This document shows, in pieces, positions 9,204-18,483 of a stretch of 27,762 nucleotides of DNA (positions are counted from its first letter, which is position 1; each line of letters starts with the position of its first letter). The notes below the pieces were generated by a model that worked only from the letters and a program-made list of their open reading frames with translations, was not told where the DNA came from and did no database searches. The position numbers were made by a program, and so were the translations under genes. Origin of the DNA: a virus (Duplodnaviria > Caudoviricetes); the IMG/VR virus record IMGVR_UViG_3300037524_001804, positions 1-27,762 of that record; one strand, 5' to 3'.

Positions 9204-9228
9204 AGTAACGCTGACGATTTTTCATTGT

Positions 9229-11367
9229 TCAGGTCTGCCCGATGATTTCGCCGAGTAGGCCTTCTGTCTCGCGCTCCAAGGCCAGAATGTCGGCGCGGAT
9301 TTGGTCCAATGATCGCAGCGGCTTCGGCTTGTAGAAGTACCGTGTGAAGCTGATCTCGTAGCCGACCTTGATCGAGTCTTCCTCAAACCACGCGTCGGGC
9401 GCATGCGGCAGCACTTCACGTCGGATGAAGGCTTCGACGCCACCGTCTTCGAGCAACGGCACCTGCTCGGTGTCGCGCATCTCCGTGTCGGGCTCGTACT
9501 CGACGATGACCGGTGTGCCATCGATCGTCGCTTGGTACCGGCCTCGGATCGGATCTGCCGCAAACCTTCCGGGCTTGTACGTCTTCTTGATGACCGGGGC
9601 GGCGTTCTCGTCGCGCTCGGCGAGGTTGAATTGCAGGAGCTTCAGTCGCTTGGCCGTGAGTTTGAGCCCCGCGTTCTCGGCGCTCTCCCCGATCGTGACC
9701 AGCAGCTCGTTGAAATCGAGGTAGGGTCCTTCGCCGAACTCCTCAGCAATCTGATCCACCAAATAGGCGACCGACTCCTCGTTAGCATCCGCACATGCGA
9801 CTCTGAACCGATGACGTGTCGCTTCGTCCAGACTCACGCGCAGGCGCAAGGGACGCTCCACCGTGACCTTTGAATAGCCGAACGCCTGGTTCGGAAAGAT
9901 CTTCGACTGCTCGGTTTCTTCGAACGCGATGAAGGCATCGCAGATCCGCGTGATATCGACATCGGAGAGTTCGCAGTTCTTCTTGCCGAGATTCTTCCGC
10001 AGCGGCTGGTACCACTGCGTCGCGTCGATGAGTTGGACCTAGCCCTTTCGGTGTCCGGGCTTGCGGTTCGTCAACACCCAGACGTAAGTCGCGATGCCGG
10101 TGTTGTAGAACAGATTCAGGGGCAGCGCGACGATCGCTTCGAGCCAGTCGTTCTCGATGATCCAGCGACGGATGTTGCTCTCGCCCTGGCCGGCATCGCC
10201 CGTGAACAGTGAGGAGCCGTTGTGCACCTCGGCAATCCGGCTCCCTAATGGCGAGCCATGTTTCATCTTGGCGACCATGTTGGCAAGGAAAAGCATCTGC
10301 CCATCGCTCGATCGCGTCAGCAGCGAGTAGTCCGCCTCGCCGGCATGCTCGATCACGAAGCGGGGGTCCTTGATCCCGTCCTTGCCACCCATGCGTTCCA
10401 GATCGCTCTTCCAGCTCTTGCCGTATGGAGGATTCGACAGCATGAAGTCGAACTCACGGGATGGGAACGCGTCGTTCGCGAGGGTCGAGTGCTCCGGGCC
10501 GCCGACGATGTTGTCGGCCGCTTCGCCTTCCCCCTTCAACAGCAGATCCGCTTTGCAGATCGCGTAGGTTTCGGCGTTGATTTCCTGTCCGTAGAGGTAG
10601 GTCGAGACTTCCTTGCCGTGGGCCGCGGCCAGAGACCGCAGCGTGTCTTCTGCGACCGTCAGCATGCCACCGGTCCCGCATGCCCCGTCGTACAACAGAT
10701 AGGTGCCCGACTGGATCTCATCGGCGATCGGCAGCAAGATCAGCTTCGCCATCAGCTTCACCGCGTCGCGCGGTGTCCAGTGTTCGCCGGCCTCCTCGTT
10801 GTTCTCTTCGTTGAAGCGGCGGACCAACTCCTCAAAGATCGTGCCCATGGCGTGGTTGTCGAGCCCGACGTGCTTCACCGAGCCGTCGGGATTCAAGACC
10901 GGATACGGACTCAGATTGATCGACGGGTCGAGGAATTTCTCGATCAGCGTGCCGAGGGCGTCGGCCTTCGACAACCGCGGGATCTGATTGCGGAATTCGA
11001 AGTTGTCGAGAATGTCCTGGACGTTCGGCGAAAAGCCGTCGAGGTAGGCCTCGAAGTCCGCGCGGAGTTGCTGCTGGCTAGCGCGGGCGCGCAGGTCGCG
11101 CAGGGTGAATTTCGAGGTGTTGTAGCACGCTTGCTCGGCGGCTTGCCGAAGCGCCATGTCCTGGCTGGTGATGTGGGCCTCATCAAGCGCGGCCTTCATC
11201 GCCAGCACCGCCTGCTTGGTCGGCTCCAGCACCGCGTCGAGTCGACGGAGTACGGTCATCGGGAGAATCACATCCCGATATTTGCCCCGGACGTAGAGGT
11301 CACGCAGAACGTCGTCTGCAATGCCCCAGATGAAACTCGTGATCCAAGTCAAATCTCCGTTGGCCAT
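9229..11367 (-). pseudogene. hsdM: type I R-M methyltransferase subunit M interrupted by in-frame TAG at 10039-10041
   Basis: Start MANGDLTW at 11367; motifs AGEHWTPR, YDGACGTGGML, NPPY. Frame reads RKG*VQLIDATQWYQPLRKNLGKKNCEL...FGYSKVTVERPLRL straight into ORF 9229-9861 (712 codons in total). Confidence 0.9.
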
Positions 11368-11494
11368 GGTGCACGGCGTGTCCCTATGTTGTAACCGCGC
11401 AATCCTATCACTGCTGCTCCAGGCAGAAAATCCGAGTGTTGCGCCCTGCTTCCAACGTTGCAAGCCAGTGCGCGGCAATCGATGCGCTAACTCG

Positions 11495-14400
11495 TCACAC
11501 CAACCCCGCCCCACAGAACCGCGGATGCAGGGATGCCGATTTGCCGAGCACCTCCGCCAGGTCGATTGCGTTCCCGTCCGCATCACCGAACCAGGTGACC
11601 CACTGGTGCTGGGCGAGGAGTCCCCAGCCGTCTTGCTTCTTGCCCGAGATTGTCGTCGCGCTGAGCGTCGGGCAGTTGGTCACGAACAGCGTCTTCGGAT
11701 TCGCCTCGTCGGCCGCGATGTCGGTGAGGCAGAGCGTGTACGGCACGAAGTCGATGACCGGATTGGTCTGGGTCTTGAGCCACCAGTCGGGATCCGCGTC
11801 GGCATCGAGATTCCACTTGTGCGGCTCCGCGATCCGGAACGTGGCGCGCCGGATGGGTCGGAGGCAATAGGCGCCGGTCCGGGTCGTGGTGCCATTCATG
11901 GTGTTGAACACGTTGTCGACGGCGATGGTCGAGTTGATGTAGTTGTAGAGCCCGCCCGTGTCCCATTGCGGCGCCCAGGTCGTCGACCCGAACCACAGCG
12001 ACGGGATGGAGGACCGCTGGATGATGACCCCGTTGACCTCCAACTCGAACGTGACCGTTGCGCCATCGGGCAGATCCGGCGACGACGGGTCGGTGTCCGT
12101 GGTTTCGTAGATCATGCGAAGCCCGGCGTAGAAGTCATACCGGGGATCGACCGCAAGGAACTGGAACCGCTCGGTTTTCGTGCCGCTGTATTCCGTGCTG
12201 CCGATATCCCCCAGCGGGCGCCGGTCGCGCCGTCGCTCAGTGACGGTATGGCGGCCGATGGTGATGGCAATCTCGTGGTCAAGCGCGATATCGAACACGC
12301 TGTTGGCCCACGTCATGAACGTTTGATGGCAGTGATAGTCGCAACGATCCGTAGCGGTCACACGTTTCTCGACGTCGCCTACGTAGTCGATCATCAGCGT
12401 GGTGGTGCCGACGGTGCCGGAGCCTTCGTAGTGCGCTTCTCCGACGATCTCAGGCGGTGGTGTCTGTCCGCCCGGCGGGATCGTTCCCCAGCCGGTGCTC
12501 TTTTTCTGCCAGCGCGACCCGGAGAACGTATAGGTCCCGATAACCGGGGCCTCGACCGTGTGCGTGCAGGAAAGATCGTCAGCGATGTCGATGTGGACGA
12601 CCAAGGGGATTTCTCCCCAGTCGTGCCACCGGGCATCCCCGTTCCGATCGTAGCCCAGCTCGCACTGCGCATGAACGACGGCTGATGTGCGCGTCGCCGA
12701 CCCATTGAACCGAAACCGCACGCCGCGGCTGCCGAACGTGGTGAACCGATCCACGCCACCATAGGCCGAGTTACCGATGCTGGGTTGGGTGAGGGATAAC
12801 TGCCCGATCTCATGAATGAGGCGTGCCTTCGCCGCCCACTTCGCGTTGGTATCAACCGGACCGTCGGTCACGTCGACCGCATACAGGGCGGCGCCGAACG
12901 TCATGGTTGATCCATAGCGGTTGTCGTCGCCGGCGGCGATTACGGACTGATCGATCACCATCAGCACGTACTTGCGCTCGGTCGGATTCGGATTGTCCGC
13001 CGTCGGCGCGGATTTGACGTGACGAAGTGCGGCACCGGCTACCGACCGGTTGCCAAGAAGTCCGGCCGGCCTCGCCAGCAATTTGCCGTTCAGGAACACC
13101 GACCCGGCCGACGCCGAAGACCGCCCGTCATACGTGATCGGAAGGATATTCGCCCAGGAGTAGTCGCCGAAGCGGTTGGGACATTGGGTGCGAAACCAGG
13201 TGAAGAAAAGCCCACTCGAATTGGATGCGGGATGCCCCCAGGTCAGATAGCCTCTGAACGTGCCGTCGCGCCGATAGACCCAATCGAACTGCCCGAACGA
13301 CCGGCCACCGTTGGTCGCGGCTCCGGTGCCGCGGGGCGGCGCTCCCAGCGTCCAGGCGCCGTCTTTGTAGCGCAGGGTCTTGTAGTCGGCGTAATACGTC
13401 GAGCCAACCTTGGTGCGATGGTACCCGGCCGGCGCATCATCGCCGGCCAGGGCTCCGATGATGCCGTGGTCGCCGCAGCCCTGCGGGTGGGATTCGAAGC
13501 CGATGACGCGGGGTTTGGTGAGGTCCTGGTTACGGAACTCCACAACGACCCGATCGCCTACGTCGAAGGCCTGGCCGTCGCAGTCCATGTAGTCGATGGG
13601 AACGTTGGAGAGAATCCCGGAGTGGTTCACATCGATCGACTGCTGGCTGGAAGTGGCCGCATCAAGCACGACGGTGCAGCGGTCGCCGGCGAGTTCCGTG
13701 ATCGTGCCCACCCGGTACATCGGTCTCCATTTCTGCCAGGCGGGCAACAGGGCTTGGTTGAAAAACGAGGAGAACGGTCCCGGCGCTGCAGGGATGGACT
13801 GAAGGAGACCGTCGGCGAGGCGGGGATGGGAGTCCGCGGCGCGGGCGGCAGTGAGCGATTGGGACGCTGCGTCGAAGGCGGCTTGCGCAGCGGACAACGC
13901 TTCATCCATGGTCGCTTTGCGAGCCTCGAGGACCGGAATGAGGGCGTCGGAGGCCTCGATCTGGCCCTGCAGAAAGACGATCTCGGCTTGATCGGGTTCG
14001 GGCTGTGACAGCAGGCGGGCGAGACGACCCTGCAGCTCCCGGCGTTTGCTCACTTCGACGTCGAGCGACGACTGCGCGGCATGCAGACGATCCCGTGCCC
14101 GGATGGATTCGGTGAGCGCCACCGACTTGGCATCAATGAGCGATTGATGCGGATCGTGCGGCTGATAGGCAGCGCGTCCCTCGTAAACGGGCCGGATGAT
14201 GACCGGCTGCGTATCGGAGGTTCGCTCGCCCGGGATCTCGATTGTGCCGACCTCGCCTTCCAGGTCCTCGGTCAGATCGGCGCACCAGGCGGCCAGTTCA
14301 GGGTCGGCTTTCCTTTTCGATTCCAGCCACGCTTTGCGCTTCTCCAGCGAGGCTTTCTCGAGCCGCAGGCCGTTGTAGACCAGCCGCGCTGTGTTGAGCT

Positions 14401-14536
14401 CTTCCCGAAGTTTATGCGGCGCTTCGAACACCACACTCAGGTCGGTGCCGACCCCAGCGACAAAGACCGTCGCCGTGTGACCGAAGGTGTCCAGTACCGA
14501 GTCGTTTAAGGTGTCGACCGCTTCAGCCCAGCTCAT
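11495..14536 (-). CDS. large phage protein (1013 aa): head-tail-joining-like N-terminus, coiled coil, prophage structural domain, beta-rich C-terminus
   Basis: Long ORF with GC-rich third positions right after the capsid gene. The block LPAWQKWRPMYRVGTIT...VPIDYMDCDGQAFDVGDRVVVEF...VIGF resembles prophage tail-region proteins (recollection). Confidence 0.75.
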   Translation of the reverse strand: MSWAEAVDTLNDSVLDTFGHTATVFVAGVGTDLSVVFEAPHKLREELNTARLVYNGLRLEKASLEKRKAWLESKRKADPELAAWCADLTEDLEGEVGTIEIPGERTSDTQPVIIRPVYEGRAAYQPHDPHQSLIDAKSVALTESIRARDRLHAAQSSLDVEVSKRRELQGRLARLLSQPEPDQAEIVFLQGQIEASDALIPVLEARKATMDEALSAAQAAFDAASQSLTAARAADSHPRLADGLLQSIPAAPGPFSSFFNQALLPAWQKWRPMYRVGTITELAGDRCTVVLDAATSSQQSIDVNHSGILSNVPIDYMDCDGQAFDVGDRVVVEFRNQDLTKPRVIGFESHPQGCGDHGIIGALAGDDAPAGYHRTKVGSTYYADYKTLRYKDGAWTLGAPPRGTGAATNGGRSFGQFDWVYRRDGTFRGYLTWGHPASNSSGLFFTWFRTQCPNRFGDYSWANILPITYDGRSSASAGSVFLNGKLLARPAGLLGNRSVAGAALRHVKSAPTADNPNPTERKYVLMVIDQSVIAAGDDNRYGSTMTFGAALYAVDVTDGPVDTNAKWAAKARLIHEIGQLSLTQPSIGNSAYGGVDRFTTFGSRGVRFRFNGSATRTSAVVHAQCELGYDRNGDARWHDWGEIPLVVHIDIADDLSCTHTVEAPVIGTYTFSGSRWQKKSTGWGTIPPGGQTPPPEIVGEAHYEGSGTVGTTTLMIDYVGDVEKRVTATDRCDYHCHQTFMTWANSVFDIALDHEIAITIGRHTVTERRRDRRPLGDIGSTEYSGTKTERFQFLAVDPRYDFYAGLRMIYETTDTDPSSPDLPDGATVTFELEVNGVIIQRSSIPSLWFGSTTWAPQWDTGGLYNYINSTIAVDNVFNTMNGTTTRTGAYCLRPIRRATFRIAEPHKWNLDADADPDWWLKTQTNPVIDFVPYTLCLTDIAADEANPKTLFVTNCPTLSATTISGKKQDGWGLLAQHQWVTWFGDADGNAIDLAEVLGKSASLHPRFCGAGLV

Positions 14537-14578
14537 GGATCAGTCACCGGTATCCAACAGCCAGCCTTCTTCTTACAA

Positions 14579-15613
14579 TCAGGTCCGCTTGCCGCTGAAC
14601 AAGGCCTTCGGCCGCGTACAGATGAACAGCGGATAGCTGTACACCTCCGGACGTGCCCACATCTGGCGCTGGTCATCGAGGACGATCATCGAGTACAGGG
14701 CCTTCCCCGGTGTGTTCACGAACGGCATCGACTCGGACGGCGAGAAGGCGACTTCGAAAAGGCCCGGAACGCTGACCGGTACGAACTTCACCTTGTCGGT
14801 CGGGATCGCCACCGTGGAGTTGTCATCCGATCCCCGGTAGTTCATCCAGGTGATGGCGCCGTAGTTGAACGAACCCCAGGCATTGCCGCCGCGAAGACTC
14901 GCAGCTTCCTGGGTGTTGAGATAGGTCTGCCGAATTTCGGTATGGGCGGTCAAATCGTCCCAGAAGGCATCGCCGCAAAGCGCGAGCAGGTAACTCGATC
15001 CCGGTAGCCAGAGTCCGCCGATCGCCCGTCGCACGGCGCGGGTCAGTTCGTTGCACTTCTTCCGCACCGCACCCGAGGTGGGAGTGGCGTTATCCAGATC
15101 GAAGTCGATCTCGGAAGGTGCCGATTGATTGAGGACATCGAACCAGTTGACCAGGGTGTCGCCGTTGGCATCGGTGACGATGCCCTGGATCGCACCCAGC
15201 CGCATGTGCTCCCAGGTGTACTCGACCTGGGCAATGAGACCGGTGGGTCCGTTCAATCGATCCGCGATGAGCTGCATCATCGACTGCAGTTCCGAGACCG
15301 AGCCGAACGCCCGGACGTTCTGGATCTCATCCGATCGCAGGGTGTGGCCCTTCGCGATCCGGACGGTCTCCCGGTAGTACACGTCCCGCTTCTGGTTCGA
15401 GCCTTCTTCGATCGGCGCTCCCCGGAGACTGGTCTGGATCAGATTGAGGGTGCCTTCCTTCATCTCGATCATGGCGGCCGTGGTCGGGATCGGTTTCGGG
15501 CTGAACAGATTCAGCGATCCCAGGAACCCCGGCGGGTAGGGGTTGTTGTTGACCGCGGTGGTCATCTCCACCATCTCGAAGGGCTTGGCGTTGAAGATGT
15601 CGAGGGTCGCCAT
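14579..15613 (-). CDS. major capsid protein (lambda gpE family)
   Basis: 344 aa; GFLGSLNLF, EIQNVRAFG, TWEHMRLGAIQG, SYPLFICTRP; follows the decoration gene; GGAG/GAG-type RBS region upstream not strongly defined. Confidence 0.92.
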   Translation of the reverse strand: MATLDIFNAKPFEMVEMTTAVNNNPYPPGFLGSLNLFSPKPIPTTAAMIEMKEGTLNLIQTSLRGAPIEEGSNQKRDVYYRETVRIAKGHTLRSDEIQNVRAFGSVSELQSMMQLIADRLNGPTGLIAQVEYTWEHMRLGAIQGIVTDANGDTLVNWFDVLNQSAPSEIDFDLDNATPTSGAVRKKCNELTRAVRRAIGGLWLPGSSYLLALCGDAFWDDLTAHTEIRQTYLNTQEAASLRGGNAWGSFNYGAITWMNYRGSDDNSTVAIPTDKVKFVPVSVPGLFEVAFSPSESMPFVNTPGKALYSMIVLDDQRQMWARPEVYSYPLFICTRPKALFSGKRT

Positions 15614-15651
15614 GGAGGTTACTCGTGGGGTGGAATGAGAGAAGTCAGCCG

Positions 15652-16026
15652 TTACCGGACCAGAAGGCCGAGGGTGGCTAGTTCCGAGATCGCGGCCGTC
15701 TTTTCGCCAGCTTCGATGTCGGCGGGCCAGACCAGCAGATCGCCGTGGACGATCGCATCGCGGACGATGGCGACGGCGGGCGTTGCGCCGCCGCTGGCAT
15801 CCACCGGGGCATAGAGAATGCCTACGGCATGCTGACTGCCATCGGTCGCATCCTGGTCGAACGGGGTGTAGCTACCGCTAGCGGTGATCTTGCCGAGAAC
15901 CGTTCCCGGCCCCAGGTTCTGGCCGGAAGCCAGAGTGACAACCTCGCGCGAGTAGGTCGGCTGCTCGCTCTCGGAGATCAGGAACTCGGCGGTGTAGGTG
16001 CCTTCGGTGAAATGGGTCGTGGTCAT
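15652..16026 (-). CDS. head decoration protein (gpD-like)
   Basis: SREVVTLASGQNLGPGTVLGKITASG...DGSQHAVGIL; located between protease and capsid genes. Confidence 0.9.
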   Translation of the reverse strand: MTTTHFTEGTYTAEFLISESEQPTYSREVVTLASGQNLGPGTVLGKITASGSYTPFDQDATDGSQHAVGILYAPVDASGGATPAVAIVRDAIVHGDLLVWPADIEAGEKTAAISELATLGLLVR

Positions 16027-16059
16027 CGGAACGTCCGGAAATGTTGAGAAGCGATCGGC

Positions 16060-16458
16060 TTAGGTGTGACCTGGCATGACCTTGTCCCAGGACACCGAGG
16101 CGTCCGGGCTCTTCGCGGAAGCCGGCGGTGGTGCTTCGTCATACGGCAGCGGCTTTGGCGTATCCGCACGGAGCGAAGCGATGCGCTGGTCGGCCAAGGC
16201 CTTCTCGGCGCGCACGATCTGGAGAGCCGCCTCGGAACCGGTCGTCTGACCGTCGAACTTGAGAGCGACGATCAGGGCTTCGTGGCCTGGCAGGGCTTGA
16301 TTCTCCACGTCCTGAATCCGCTGACGCTCGCGGGCGGCGCCTTCAACCAGTCCGGCTGCATGGCCCAGCATGCGGCCTTCTTCTCGAAGCGCGGCCAGGA
16401 GATCAGGATGATCCGCCGCGAGCAGCTCCCGCGTCATCGCAGTCGTTTTGGTCGTCAT
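16060..16458 (-). CDS. nested in-frame scaffolding protein (Nu3-like, 132 aa)
   Basis: GAGGA 6 nt before an internal in-frame ATG (MTTKTTAMTRELL) just after the protease domain; helical ERQRIQDVE region. Confidence 0.6.
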   Translation of the reverse strand: MTTKTTAMTRELLAADHPDLLAALREEGRMLGHAAGLVEGAARERQRIQDVENQALPGHEALIVALKFDGQTTGSEAALQIVRAEKALADQRIASLRADTPKPLPYDEAPPPASAKSPDASVSWDKVMPGHT

Positions 16459-17292
16459 GGGAAATCCTCGTGAGACAGGTTGGGCGTTGATCTCGTCAAT
16501 GACGGATTCCAGGCTGCCGAGCCGGTCGGCGAGTCCGGCGTTGACCGCTTCCTGGCCGACCAGGACGCCGCCGCGGCCGAAGTCGTTGGCGACGGTCTCA
16601 ACGGATACGCCCCGGTACTCGGCCACAGCGGCAATGAAGACATCGGCCAGCTTGTCAACCTCGGCCTGGTATTGCGCGCGACCGGCATCCGAATCCGGCG
16701 CGACGTGCTTGTTCGGGGACTGACCGGAAATGAACTTGATCTCGTCCTTGTTGCCGCCAACCGCGCGAAGGACCACGCCGATGGCACCGAGGCGAGCGGT
16801 ATCACGGGCGACAATCTCGGACGCGGCGCTGGCGATCCAGTAGGCGGCGGACGCCCCGAGATCCGAGACGTAGGCGATGATAGGTTTTATTGATGCCGCC
16901 GCCCGGACCTGCTCGGCGAATTCCGAGACTCCGGCGACCTGTCCGCCGGGTGAGTCGATCTCCAGAATGACGGACTTCACCGACGGGTCGTCGACGGCCG
17001 TTCGGAAATCTCGCGCCAGTGTCTCGACCGAAGTGGCGCCGGACACGTCGGTAAAGAGGTTGGCGTAGCGGAAGATGGGGCCGAACACCGGAACGATCGC
17101 CGCGTCACCGCGGCGAGTGACGGTCCGGGTGTTGTCGAGCGGACGGCCGAGCTTGGCGGCCAGTGATTCCGGCGCGTCGTTCAGCCCTTGCGCGATGGCA
17201 ACGATGCGCTCCAGCGCATCCTGCTGGATCGCCCAGCGGTCGGCGGTGATGGCGCGCAGGATGCGCGGGTGGGAAGGAAGGGAATAGACCAT
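16060..17292 (-). CDS. S49 family head maturation protease (lambda gpC-like)
   Basis: IDSPGG, ASAAYWIASAA, GAIGV, AVNAGLADRLGSLE. Confidence 0.93.
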   Translation of the reverse strand: MVYSLPSHPRILRAITADRWAIQQDALERIVAIAQGLNDAPESLAAKLGRPLDNTRTVTRRGDAAIVPVFGPIFRYANLFTDVSGATSVETLARDFRTAVDDPSVKSVILEIDSPGGQVAGVSEFAEQVRAAASIKPIIAYVSDLGASAAYWIASAASEIVARDTARLGAIGVVLRAVGGNKDEIKFISGQSPNKHVAPDSDAGRAQYQAEVDKLADVFIAAVAEYRGVSVETVANDFGRGGVLVGQEAVNAGLADRLGSLESVIDEINAQPVSRGFPMTTKTTAMTRELLAADHPDLLAALREEGRMLGHAAGLVEGAARERQRIQDVENQALPGHEALIVALKFDGQTTGSEAALQIVRAEKALADQRIASLRADTPKPLPYDEAPPPASAKSPDASVSWDKVMPGHT

Positions 17293-17470
17293 GCCAGCAG
17301 AGTGGCATGGACGTGTGTTGGGAAATCAGACGAAGCGGCGACTGGTAGCCCGGAATTCTTCAGCTTTGTCGGGTGACTTAAAACCGGCGCGTATGTCGTC
17401 AACCGGCCAGGACCAGTCAGTTGGTCCGCATCAGCGTATGGCGGGTTGCCCTTCTTATTGCCGTCATTCA

Positions 17471-17540
17471 GGTTAACGCGGGAATTCAGCCGTTGCTTGA
17501 AGCACAGCGGAAAGCGATTCTCTGAAATTTCAAGTTAGGC
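17471..17540 (-). repeat. attC site (70 bp)
   Basis: GCCTAAC-TTGAA-ATTTCAG...CTGAAT-TCCCGC-GTTAACC: RYYYAAC inverse core, L boxes pairing with one extra base, GTT core. Confidence 0.75.
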
Positions 17541-17608
17541 GGGTATAGTTATTTAATAACTGCCCGCTCACTGACGGGCCAACTCGCTTCATTCGGCTTT
17601 CTTCTTCC

Positions 17609-18301
17609 TTATTTTCGCTTAAATAACGTGTGTAGCCGAATACCGTTGGATATTGCTATTAGGATAACCACTACCCAAACCCATAAAATAACCGCTGGCA
17701 TAAAAATCTCTCGGGGTGTGTCCTTTGGCGTACCGGACAGAACTCCGGCCTGGGAGTAGGTATATAATCCAAGAACAACAAAATAAATTACTGATTTCAA
17801 AAGATGTATCATGCCGCACGTCCACTTGCGGTCATACTGGAAGTTTACATGTAGCTGCCAAACCATCACAGAAAAGTGCCACAAACCTAGTATTAATAGA
17901 AAAGCCCACAGGTTGCGAGGGGTCGGCCAGACGCTCGCAAGATCCAGCAGCAGGTAAAGCAAAAAGAAGATCCAAATATCTTCAAAGAATCGGCTAATTG
18001 TGCCGTTACGATAGGGATATTTTTCTATTTGTACTTGGTAAAACACAAAGTCAGTGATTACAAAAAAATATCCTGCCAGAAAATACGCAACGAATGCCAA
18101 GGTTAAGGGAGTCGGAGTCTTTATGAATTCCTCAAAGCCGAAATTTGCACTGAAGGTACGAAAGCCATTACCTACTATGACCACAAAAAGTATTCGAACA
18201 AATGAGACGAACGGATCAGAGTATTTCCTGTCATCTTCAGTGGCTTTTCTCTCGTTCACGTCTTTTTCTTCCTCATCGTTTTTTCGGTGCTTGTTTTCCA
18301 T
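17609..18301 (-). CDS. multi-pass membrane protein (cassette gene)
   Basis: 230 aa, about 5-6 hydrophobic segments, charged N-terminus; visibly AT-rich relative to the flanks; GGAG RBS. Confidence 0.8.
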   Translation of the reverse strand: MENKHRKNDEEEKDVNERKATEDDRKYSDPFVSFVRILFVVIVGNGFRTFSANFGFEEFIKTPTPLTLAFVAYFLAGYFFVITDFVFYQVQIEKYPYRNGTISRFFEDIWIFFLLYLLLDLASVWPTPRNLWAFLLILGLWHFSVMVWQLHVNFQYDRKWTCGMIHLLKSVIYFVVLGLYTYSQAGVLSGTPKDTPREIFMPAVILWVWVVVILIAISNGIRLHTLFKRK

Positions 18302-18432
18302 GTCTTTGCTCCGCGAAGTGTCCAGGAATGACCAGTCTCCCTTTCGTTCTAGGTCGATGCGTGTCCCATGCCAAAGATAGTACCTATTACTCCGCCCTTA
18401 TCTATTCGCACGCAAAAGTTGGCTGCAAGCCG

Positions 18433-18476
18433 CGGCTGGCCTGCGGTTGGCGCTCCGGTTGAACGACATATTAGGC
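18433..18476 (-). repeat. truncated/degenerate attC (5' half only)
   Basis: GCCTAAT-ATGTC-GTTCAACCGGAGCGCCAACCGCAGGCCAGCCG right after the stop codon; inverse core reads AAT instead of AAC; no complementary 3' half or GTTRRRY closing it. Confidence 0.6.
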
Positions 18477-18483
18477 CTCATTT

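Noticed and set aside
10039-10041. Element-wide TAG recoding
   Set aside because: TAG is a normal stop for genes ending at 2190, 2761 and 19875, and only one internal TAG was seen.
11368-11586. N-terminal extension of HsdM in the ORF track
   Set aside because: It overlaps the upstream gene; HsdM-like sequence starts at MANGDLTW (11367).
10258-14008. Plus-strand ORFs of 378, 454 and 329 aa
   Set aside because: Antisense to hsdM and the 1013-aa gene; no recognisable features.
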